Source: an uncultured Planctomycetia bacterium
GTDB taxonomy: Bacteria; Planctomycetota; Planctomycetia; Pirellulales; Thermoguttaceae
Assembly: GCA_963779975.1 (NCBI GenBank)
Contig: CAWAAL010000024.1
Span: forward strand, 57,153 to 121,152
Direction: 5' to 3'
DNA: 64,000 bases
Part shown: positions 37,154 to 45,007 of the stretch, in pieces
Position numbering within the stretch: the stretch's first letter is position 1
Layout: each line of letters starts with the position of its first letter
Notes under the pieces: model-generated
Told to the model about the DNA's origin: nothing
The model's database searches: none
The model's input: the letters and a program-made list of their open reading frames with translations, nothing else
Made by a program: the position numbers and the translations under genes

Positions 37154-38045
37154 AGTCACGTTTGATCATGAAGCAGGCGTCTTGCGGGTCTTGCAGACCA
37201 AGAGCGAGACGAAGGCATTCTACGACAAGATCGCCATGGTCTATGATCTCTTGGCGGAGCATTCCGAGCGGCCCGTGCGTGAAACCGGGCTGCGGCTGCT
37301 CGCTGCTGCCCCAGGTGAGCGCGTTCTGGAAATCGGCTTCGGGACCGGCCATATCTTGGCCGAACTTGCCCGTGCCGTCGGGCCGACGGGAAAGGTCTTC
37401 GGCATCGACATCTCGGAGAACATGTTGGACCACGCAAGAGGCGTTCTGAGCAACAAGGGCCTCATTGACCGCGTTTCCCTTGATTGCGGCGATGCCCAAA
37501 GCCTCCCCTACGGTGACGACTCGCTGGACGGGATATTCATGTGCTTCACCCTGGAACTGTTCGACACGCCGGACATTCCCAAGGTGCTGGCAGAGTGCAA
37601 GCGGGTCCTGCGGCCGCGCGGGCGCATCGTCGTCGTGGCCATTTCCAAGGAGTGTAAAGACGGCAAAGAAGGCAAGGACGGGTTCATCATTCACGCCTTC
37701 GAGTGGACACATCGCCACTTTCCCAATTTGATGGACTGCCGGCCGATCTATGTCCGCCGAGCGCTGGAGGCGGCGGGCTTTGCCATCGAGGACTCGCGGA
37801 CGGAATCTATGTGGATTCCCGTGGAGATTGTGCTGGGCAGGAGGGCCGTCTTCTTGCCTTTGCCCCGAAGCTGGACTCCATGGGCGACGAGCAAATTGCG
37901 AACGGCTGCCGAGGAGGACGGAATCGAGTGCTTTCCAGCGGTGGAGGCGAAGGACCACGAGTCGAGCAGCGAGGCCAGAACATGCCCCCACAGCCCCATG
38001 CCCATAAACATTTCACCGGCACGGCAACCGTCCGCGACATCGTGA
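37143..38045 (+). CDS. class I SAM-dependent methyltransferase; ORF tail reads through unrelated relic sequence
   Basis: VLEIGFGTGHILAELA (motif I), VFGIDISENML, GIFMCFTLELF, LRPRGRIVVV. Family-like sequence ends about 37850. Confidence 0.7.
   Translation: MPDEVTFDHEAGVLRVLQTKSETKAFYDKIAMVYDLLAEHSERPVRETGLRLLAAAPGERVLEIGFGTGHILAELARAVGPTGKVFGIDISENMLDHARGVLSNKGLIDRVSLDCGDAQSLPYGDDSLDGIFMCFTLELFDTPDIPKVLAECKRVLRPRGRIVVVAISKECKDGKEGKDGFIIHAFEWTHRHFPNLMDCRPIYVRRALEAAGFAIEDSRTESMWIPVEIVLGRRAVFLPLPRSWTPWATSKLRTAAEEDGIECFPAVEAKDHESSSEARTCPHSPMPINISPARQPSATS
37854..37930 (+). pseudogene. collapsed relic of a module + alternative-sigma paralog
   Basis: TTGCCTTTGCCC (module -35 region), then GCTGGACTCCATGGGCGACGAGCA (matches 22954-22977, 23/24) joined to AATTGCGAACGGCTGCCGAGGAGGACGGAATCGAGTG (matches 23754-23790, 36/37). 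Confidence 0.55.
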
Positions 38046-38308
38046 TCGGCATGTCCGATGGTTTGACCGTTCCCTTCGCCCTCGCAGCTGGGCTTTCGGG
38101 GGCCGTGGACGCGACGAGCATCGTGATTACGGCCGGGCCGGCCGAGGTTGCGGCTGGTTCGATTGCGATGGGCCTGGGCGGCTACTTGGCCGCAAGGACC
38201 GATTCCGAACATTACGTCACGGAGCGGGCTACCGAAAAAGAGGCAACGATCGAGATGCCGGAACCGGAGGCCGAAGAAGTGGCCTCAGTATTCCGGCACT
38301 TATCTTAG
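37982..38308 (+). pseudogene. VIT1/CCC1 family iron/manganese transporter, 3'-truncated before module copy 7
   Basis: ATG 37982. VRDIVIGMSDGLTVPFALAAGLSGA...AGSIAMGLGGYLAARTDSEHY...EPEAEEVASVF, then stop. The C-terminal TM half of the family is missing. Confidence 0.6.
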
Positions 38309-38336
38309 CGAAGATGCTTGGCTAAAACCACGAGTA

Positions 38337-38522
38337 TTGCCTTTTCCCTTCGGCGGCGTACAATTTCAGTGTTGGAAGAGTTGCGGGGCACTTGTTCGCG
38401 GCTCTCCAGTGAAATTGTCGGATGACTAGATAGAGGGCAACCTGGCTGTGCCGGGGGGCTAGTTGAAGAGTAAGCCGACGTGGTCGAACACCTTAGGGTA
38501 TTCCGCCACGTCGGCTTTTTTG
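38337..38522 (+). ncRNA. GTCGGATGACTAG-box RNA module, copy 7
   Basis: TTGCCT 38337-38342, 16 nt, TACAAT 38359-38364. Box 38417-38429; T6 38516-38521. 84 nt to ATG 38606. Confidence 0.75.
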
Positions 38523-38605
38523 TTTTCTGTGACGCCAAACGGTCGGAATCCAGCACGGAAGACTTCCAGGTTCAAAATCCTGGAGTTGAGCGGAGGTGAC
38601 GAACC

Positions 38606-39052
38606 ATGAGTCGAGATGCAATTGACAGAATGGAAATCCTCATGGTCGAGGATAACTTGCAGAATGCCAACGGCACGATACAGGCCCTCAAATGGGGCAA
38701 CGTGCAATGCCGAGTGAGCCTGGTCTGCGATGACGAGGAAGCGATCCGCTTTCTCTACCGTAAGGGTGAATTCGCCAAGGCGCCGACGCCCAACCTGATC
38801 CTGCTGGACATGCAGTTGCCCAAGGAGGAAGGTCAGCGCTTGCTTGCGGAAATCCGCGCCAACGAAGAACTCAAGGACATTCCCGTTGTGGTCCTCACCG
38901 GTTCACTGGATCACCGAGCGGGTCTTCACGTCCAAGAGATTCAGGTGGACGGCTTGATCACGCACCCCGTGGAGTTGGACAAGTTCATCGGTGTGGTCAA
39001 GTCGCGTCGCCGGTCTTGGTTGACCGACCTTGCGCTGTCCTCCATTGCCTGA
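38606..39052 (+). CDS. single-domain response regulator (receiver only)
   Basis: ILMVEDNLQNA, LILLDMQLPKEEG, PVVVLTGS, and K in DGLITHPVELDKF. Confidence 0.8.
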   Translation: MSRDAIDRMEILMVEDNLQNANGTIQALKWGNVQCRVSLVCDDEEAIRFLYRKGEFAKAPTPNLILLDMQLPKEEGQRLLAEIRANEELKDIPVVVLTGSLDHRAGLHVQEIQVDGLITHPVELDKFIGVVKSRRRSWLTDLALSSIA

Positions 39053-39099
39053 CGGACACGACCTGGAACACAACCGTTACGAAGACAATCATCCTTTTT

Positions 39100-39432
39100 T
39101 GCAGCACCGTTCTGGCCGTCGGCGAATTCGGCATGGGTTTCACAATCGGGGTGTTGAGAACCCTGGCTTTTGTCGTCATCGTGTTCGGCAATCAGGCGAC
39201 GACCTATGCCAACCGCGAATGCCGGCGACTCCGGTCCTCTCACCCCAGCTTCTGGCTGGCAATGTCATCGGTTGCCGATATCCTGATCGCCTCGATGTTG
39301 GCCATCGGGGGAATCTCCATGACTCTTTTGCCGGCTCTTGTCGTGGCCGGCACGCTTGCCGCGGCGGTGGTCTTCGCCTTGGTCGTGGATGCGGCCAAAG
39401 TGCCGGTATTCGGGCGACTCGGGATCGCGTGA
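39100..39432 (+). pseudogene. relic of a P-type ATPase C-terminus (last TM helices)
   Basis: LRTLAFVVIVFGNQATTYANRECRRLRSSHPSFWLAMSSVADILIASMLAIGG...VVDAAKVPVFGRL parallels the C-terminus of the 34655 ATPase (TIFLTRTRGPFWSIRPARILWVAVLGTQIVATLIAVYG). No start or upstream domains. Confidence 0.5.
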
Positions 39433-39441
39433 TCACTAATC

Positions 39442-39717
39442 CGCATCCTGGACGGCGTGGGGGCGGGAGTATTCGGCGTTGTCTCGGTCCTCGTGATCGC
39501 CGACCTCACGCGGGGCTCGGGCCGCTTTAATCTCACGCTCGGGGCCATCAGCACGGCGGTCGGCATTGGTGCTTCGCTCAGCCAGGTCATTGCCGGCTCC
39601 ATCGTGCATCACTTTGGCTCCAACGTCGGCTTTCTCTTCCTTGCCGCGGTCGCGTCGGCCGCATTGGGCATCCTTTACTTCTTCATGCCGGAGACACACA
39701 ATAAAGGGTTTGCCTGA
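39442..39717 (+). pseudogene. relic of an MFS transporter C-terminus
   Basis: ILDGVGAGVFGVVSVLVIADLTRGSGRFNLTLGAISTAVGIGASLSQVIAGSIVHHFG...LGILYFFMPET. Only the last ~3 TM helices are present. Confidence 0.5.
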
Positions 39718-39740
39718 CCAACCCCACGAGCATCAACCCT

Positions 39741-40091
39741 ATGAACACCGTCCTTCTGCTGGTTCTGTCGAATGTCTTCATGACTTTCGCCTGGTACGGG
39801 CACTTGAAATACGGTCACGAGTGGCCGCTATGGAAAGCGATCCTGGTCTCCTGGGCGATCGCGCTCTTGGAATACTGCCTGGCGGTGCCGGCAAACCGCC
39901 TCGGTTACGGCCAGTTCTCCGGATTCCAGCTCAAGATCATTCAAGAGGTCGTCACGCTCCTCGTCTTCATCGTATTCGCGATCGCGTTTCTGAAGGAGAA
40001 AGTTGCGTGGAATTATCTCGTGGCCTTTGTGTTTCTCGGCGTTGCCGCGTTCTTCGCCTTTGCGTTCAAGGCGCCCGGACCGGCCGCCTGA
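39741..40091 (+). CDS. DMT-superfamily small membrane protein (DUF486-like)
   Basis: MNTVLLLVLSNVFMTFAWYGHLKY...FQLKIIQEVVTLLVFIVFAIAFLKE. Confidence 0.65.
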   Translation: MNTVLLLVLSNVFMTFAWYGHLKYGHEWPLWKAILVSWAIALLEYCLAVPANRLGYGQFSGFQLKIIQEVVTLLVFIVFAIAFLKEKVAWNYLVAFVFLGVAAFFAFAFKAPGPAA

Positions 40092-40134
40092 ACGACTGGA
40101 TGGGAAGGCATGAACCTGGCGCGGAGCAATCCCC

Positions 40135-40200
40135 ATTTTCTCTTTACGTCGCGGAGAATTGGCGACTCGACCGGGAGACCTCCTCGCGGCTGACGGCGCC
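40135..40200 (-). pseudogene. strongly decayed DUF2294 3' relic
   Basis: TTCTCTTTACGTCGCGGAGAATTGGCGACTCGACC...CCTCCTCGC aligns with the other relics (CTTCTTTACGTCGCGGAGAATGAGCGACTCGGC...CCTCCTCGCC). Confidence 0.4.
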
Positions 40201-40257
40201 GAACACCACGGCCCATGCCTCAACAGCTTGATACTGTGGGAAAAAGCAATGGGCCTA

Positions 40258-40444
40258 TTGCCTTTGTACCCTCATGACGTACAATGATGGTGTTGGAAGA
40301 GTCGTGGCGCGATTGATCTCGACTCTCCAGCGAACGTGTCGGATGACTAGATGAAGAGCAGCCCGGCTGTGCCGCGGGGGCTCGTTAGTGAGTAAGCCGA
40401 CGTGGTCGAATACCTTGGGGCATTCCGCCACGTCGGCTTTTTTC
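40258..40444 (+). ncRNA. GTCGGATGACTAG-box RNA module, copy 8
   Basis: TTGCCT 40258-40263, 16 nt, TACAAT 40280-40285. Box 40338-40350; T6 40438-40443. 101 nt to ATG 40545. Confidence 0.75.
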
Positions 40445-40453
40445 GTTTTCCTA

Positions 40454-40525
40454 AGAACGTTCGGAAGAAATTGGTGCCAGTCACACGTTTGTCCCGGGCT
40501 TCCGCTCATTTCTTCCGAACGTTCT
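40454..40525 (+). repeat. second hairpin element (IR2), copy A
   Basis: AGAACGTTCGGAAGAAAT ... ATTTCTTCCGAACGTTCT (18-bp arms, 36-nt interior), immediately after the copy 8 U-tract. Confidence 0.75.
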
Positions 40526-40544
40526 AACATGAAAGGCTGAACCC

Positions 40545-41531
40545 ATGCGTAGTGTTTTGATCATGACAGGCGTGGCTCTCGCGCTGGTCGCGATGGCGGT
40601 TGCCCAAGGACCACTGAAGAGCGTATCGGGCGACTTGCCCGACAAGCCCGCCGCGTCCGATACGGCAACGACGGCAACCGCCGCGTTTGTGGCCAGCCTG
40701 GCGCAGCCGCAAGACGAGAAGTCGATCCGGCTCGCCGCCGAGGCGTTTGCCAAGGCGTATAATGCGGGCAATGCCCAGACGATCGCGCAACTGTTCATAC
40801 CCAGCGGGGAGATAGTCAGCGAAGAAGGCCAATCTACTCAGGGCCGCGAAGCGATCGAGCAAGAGTTCGCAGGAATCTTCAAGGAACATCCCAAGACCCA
40901 CATGGTTCTGGCCATCGGCTCCATTCGGTTCATCGGTCCGGACATGGCCGTCGAGGACGGGACGGCGACCGTGACCCATGGGCCCGACGAGCCCGCCCAG
41001 CGCAGTCCCTACTCGGTGACCTACGCCAGGCAGGACGGCAGGTGGCTGACGGCCAGCTCGCGAGACCTTCCCGATGACACGCCCACGCCCGAGGAGCAGC
41101 TCAAGCAACTCCAGTGGATGATCGGCGAATGGGTGGACGAAAGCCCGGAAGCCCTGATCATGACCTCCTACCGCTGGACCGACAATCAATGCTACATCTT
41201 GAGCGAATTCAAGGTCCAGGTCGGCGGCCGGCCGGTGATGACCGGTACCCAGCGCATCGGCTGGGACCCCTTGGCAAAGAAGATCCGTTCCTGGGTCTTC
41301 GACTCGGAAGGCGGGTTTGGCGAAGGTCTCTGGACGCGGGAAGGCAACCAATGGATCGTGAAAAGGACCGGCGTGACGCGTGACGGAAAGACCGCCTCGG
41401 CGACCAACATCATCGCCCGAGTATCCAAGGACCGAATGACGTGGCAACAACGGGACCGCATCGTCGGCGGGGAGAAGACGCCCGACATCGCGGAAACCCC
41501 GATCACGCGTAATCCGCCCGCCCCCAAATAA
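40545..41531 (+). CDS. secreted protein with two NTF2-like (SnoaL/DUF4440-type) domains
   Basis: Signal peptide. IRLAAEAFAKAYNAGNAQTIAQLF...GREAIEQEF, and a second unit LKQLQWMIGEWVDES...WTREGNQWIVK. Confidence 0.55.
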   Translation: MRSVLIMTGVALALVAMAVAQGPLKSVSGDLPDKPAASDTATTATAAFVASLAQPQDEKSIRLAAEAFAKAYNAGNAQTIAQLFIPSGEIVSEEGQSTQGREAIEQEFAGIFKEHPKTHMVLAIGSIRFIGPDMAVEDGTATVTHGPDEPAQRSPYSVTYARQDGRWLTASSRDLPDDTPTPEEQLKQLQWMIGEWVDESPEALIMTSYRWTDNQCYILSEFKVQVGGRPVMTGTQRIGWDPLAKKIRSWVFDSEGGFGEGLWTREGNQWIVKRTGVTRDGKTASATNIIARVSKDRMTWQQRDRIVGGEKTPDIAETPITRNPPAPK

Positions 41532-41576
41532 CACGCCAACTTCGCAGCTTGATCTGCATAGACCGGAGAAATACCA

Positions 41577-43228
41577 ATGAATACGAGATCGAAAACAGTC
41601 GTGACCTTCGTGCTGGTTGTCGTGTTGTCAGCGGGCCTGGCCATGGCGGGCCGGGGCGGAGGCGGCGGTGGAGGCGGGGGCGGCCGTGGCGGCGGCGGGG
41701 GCGGCGGTGGATTCCACAGTGGAGGCGGCGGTGGCGGATACCAAGGTGGAGGCGGCGGATACCACGCGCCTTCTTTCAGCACCCCGCGCAGAGTTTTAGC
41801 GAGCCGCGCCAGAGTTTTAGCGAGCCGCGCCAGAGTTTCAGTGCGCCGCATCAGAATTTCAATGCCCCGCGTCAGACTTTCAACACGGCGCGTCCCGGCG
41901 AGACGTCGGCGTCGCGGCCATCGTTGCCGCAGAATGCCGGGGCCAACCGCGCGGCCTTTACGCCAAGCAACCGGTCTGGAACCGGCGAGCGGCCAGGAAT
42001 TGCCAACATGCCCAATTGGGACAACCGCCTGAACACCGGGAATCGCGCGAACGCCGGGAATCGCGCGAACATCGACAATCGTGCGAATATTGGGAACCGG
42101 GCCTACGTCGCAAACCGTCCGAACCTCGGTAACAACTTCAACATCAACCGGACGAACAACTTCGTCCGACCGACACATGGCGATTGGAACCGCGGCGGTT
42201 GGTATCACGGGGATTGGCACGGCAACTGGAATAACTCTTGGAATTATGGGCCGGTGGGCTGGTGGGGCACCGGCTACTGGGCCGGTGACGCTCTTTCCGC
42301 GACCCCCTGGTCCTGGGGATATTGGCCGTACTACAACCCCTACTACGGCGGGTCGTTCGTCGCCGGCAGTGCCTTCGATTACTCGCAGCCGATCGTGGTG
42401 GCCCAGGCGGCCGTCGCGCCGGCCGGCGCTCCAGCGGGTCTGACCGCCGAGCAACAGGCAACTCCCTTGCTCGATGCGGGGCGCAATGCCTTCATGCAAG
42501 GCGACTATGCAACCGCGCTGGCCCAGGTGGACCAGGCCATTGCGCAAGTGCCCAACGACACCGTGCTCCACGAGTTCCGCGGCCTGGCGCTGTTCGCACT
42601 GGGGCGTTACAAGGAAGCGGCTGCCACCGACTATGCCGTGCTGTCTGCCGGTCCTGGCTGGGATTGGACGACGCTCAGCGGCCTCTATCCGGACGTGGAC
42701 GTCTACACGACACAACTCCGCGCCCTGGAGCAGTACGCAAACTCGCACCCGGCCGACTCGGAGGCGAGATTCCTGCTGGCCGAAAATTACCTGACTTGCG
42801 GCCACACCGCTGCTGCCGCCGCACAGTTCCAGGAAGTCGTACAACTGGATCCCAAGGACCAGTTGTCCGCCCAACTACTCAAGAGCATTTCCGGAGCGGA
42901 TACTGCCACGCCCGATACTGCCCAACCGGCGCCAACGAAGCCGGCCGATGCGGCGGGCCTCGTGGGCAACTGGACCGCGACGCGCGCCGACAGTGCCACG
43001 ATCAAACTGGCCCTGGCCGGCGATGGAAAGTTCACCTGGGCCCTGGATCAGAACGGCAAGCCGCAACAGTTCAGCGGCACGTATACCGTTGCCGACAACC
43101 TCCTGGTCCTTAAGCAGGGCAACAATCCCATGATGGTGGGCCAGGTCGCCCCGCTTGCCAGCAACCGTTTCAATTTCAAGCTGGCGGGAGACAACCCCAG
43201 CGACCCCGGCCTGACCTTCGTGCGATAA
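41577..43228 (+). CDS. secreted Gly-rich / Asn-rich repeat / TPR-like protein, 1 frameshift in this sequence
   Basis: Signal peptide plus poly-Gly in frame 41577. The rest lies in the frame of track ORF 41549..43228 (PRQSFSE repeats, GNRANx repeats, WxGxW aromatics, TPR-like LDAGRNAFMQGDYATALAQVDQAI). The shift is near 41789. Confidence 0.6.
41784..41887 (+). repeat. 21-bp tandem repeat x5 (PRQSFSE units); first unit is 20 nt
   Basis: Units at 41784 (20 nt, lacks one C), 41804, 41825, 41846 and 41867. Confidence 0.85.
42039..42110 (+). repeat. 18-bp tandem repeat x4 (GNRANx units)
   Basis: GGGAATCGCGCGAACGCC / GGGAATCGCGCGAACATC / GACAATCGTGCGAATATT / GGGAACCGGGCCTACGTC. Confidence 0.8.
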
Positions 43229-43339
43229 GGATCGGCGGGCTCGAGATTCGGACCACCCGACCCCATCTTGACCTGCGCGGCCGCGGGTGCGACAATGCTG
43301 TCGTACTTGGTCCTAAGGCCATTGGTGAGTCGGACGGCC

Positions 43340-43918
43340 ATGAAATCGAGCCGATCTTCTCGTGTCACGCAACTCCTGGAGAAACCCGGACCGGGGGACC
43401 GCCCTGCCGCAGAGCAGTTGTTTGCGGACGTCTACGGCGAACTGCGATCGCTTGCCGCGCGATACCTGCACCGGGAACGAAAGAGCCATACGCTTCAGCC
43501 GACCGCGCTGGTTCACGAAGCCTACTTGAAGCTCGTCGGTCAAACGCGCGTGGATTGGCAGGGCCGGGCCCATTTCCTGGCCATTGCCGCTCACGCCATG
43601 CGAGAGATCCTCGTCGATCATGCTCGGCGGCATAAGGCAAAAAAGCGGGGTGGCAATCGGCATCGCATCGCGCTGGACGACAACCTGGCCGTCGAGTCCA
43701 ATCGCGACGTGGACCTGTTGGCGCTGGAAGACGCCTTGGCCAAGCTCGCAAAGCTCGACCCGCGCCAGGCCCAAATGATCGAACTCCGATTCTTTGGCGG
43801 CCTGGACATCGCGGAAGTCGCGAAGGTGATGGGGATGTCCAAACGATCGGTGGAGCGGGAATGGACCATGGTTCGCGCCTGGTTGCGGCGGGAACTCGGC
43901 AGGAGCGGCACGCCATGA
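43340..43918 (+). CDS. ECF sigma factor (HTLQPTALVHEAYLKL type; TIGR02999-like from memory)
   Basis: ATG 43340. VTQLLEKPGPGDRPAAEQLFADVYGELRSLAARYLHRERKSHTLQPTALVHEAYLKLV; region 4 LDIAEVAKVMGMSKRSVEREW. Confidence 0.8.
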   Translation: MKSSRSSRVTQLLEKPGPGDRPAAEQLFADVYGELRSLAARYLHRERKSHTLQPTALVHEAYLKLVGQTRVDWQGRAHFLAIAAHAMREILVDHARRHKAKKRGGNRHRIALDDNLAVESNRDVDLLALEDALAKLAKLDPRQAQMIELRFFGGLDIAEVAKVMGMSKRSVEREWTMVRAWLRRELGRSGTP

Positions 43919-45002
43919 ATGCGGAGCGCTATGCGCAGGTCCGAAGACTGTTCCTGGCCGCGTGCGAGCTTGCCGAAAGTGAGATGGGCGCGTTTCTCGA
44001 TCACGCCTGCGCGGGCGATCCCGAGCTTCGCGAGGAACTGGAATCCCTGCTGAAGCAACCTCGCGCGACGACCATCATCGGCACGTCAAGCGAAGACGCC
44101 GCCCGCGGCAAGGTCCTTTCCCCCCTCGCCCATCTTCCGCAGTGAACTTGTTCCCGCCGATATCCCCCTTGAGGCGGCACGGGCTGGGAATCCGTGGCGT
44201 TTTTCGCCGGGTGAAATCATTGCCGCCCAGCGCTACAAGATTCTGGGGCCGCTGGGCGGAGGCGGCGCCGGCGAGGTCTACAAGGCGCACGATCAGATCA
44301 TGGATCAAGACGTGGCGTTGAAGTTTCTCGCCCCCGGGCAGAGCGGCGGCGACCCGACGTGCAGCCGTTTCGTGAGCGAAGTCGCGATGGCCCGTGAAGT
44401 TGCCCATCCGAACGTGGTCAGGGTCTACGACGTCGGCCAACTTGCCGACGGCGAGGTGTTTCTGTCGATGGAGTTCATCGACGGCGAAGACCTTGCGTCG
44501 TTGCTCCGCCGCGCCGGCAGGCTCTCGCCTGAAAAGACCGTGCAAATCGCCCGGGAACTGTGCGCCGGGCTGGGCGGCCGCGCACGATCATGGCGTGTTG
44601 CACCGGGACCTGAAGCCGTCCAATATCTTGATCGACGGAGACGGTCACGTGCATATCGCCGATTTCGGCATTGCGGCTTTCGTTCCCACTGCCGCAGGCG
44701 AGATTCCTTTGGCCGGGACACCCGCTTTCATGGCCCCCGGGTTGTTTCACCACAAGCAACCCTCGAAACAAAGCGACCTCTATGCGCTGGGGATCGTGCT
44801 GTATGAAGTGGCCACGGGAAGGGAGCCCTTCGGCGGCGTGCCGGCCGACGGCCTCCAAGCCGCTGCCGAACTGGTTCCGCCTTCGGTGCTGTGTCCCGAA
44901 ATCGGGCCTGCCCTGGAACGGGCCATCCTGCGGTGCTTGGAAGAAGATCCGGGCCGGCGGCCCGAATCCGCGGAAGCTGTTGCGGCCCTTCTGCCGCGAT
45001 AG
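43915..45002 (+). CDS. Ser/Thr protein kinase with sigma-associated N-terminal domain, 2 frameshifts in this sequence
   Basis: ATG 43915 (ATGA overlap with the sigma stop): MNAERYAQVRRLFLAACELAESEMGAFLDHACAGDPELREELESLL. Kinase motifs GPLGGGGAGEVYKA, VALKFL, HRDLKPSNILID, DFGIA. Shifts lie near 44117-44126 (C6 run) and 44570-44580. Confidence 0.75.
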
Positions 45003-45007
45003 GTTCC

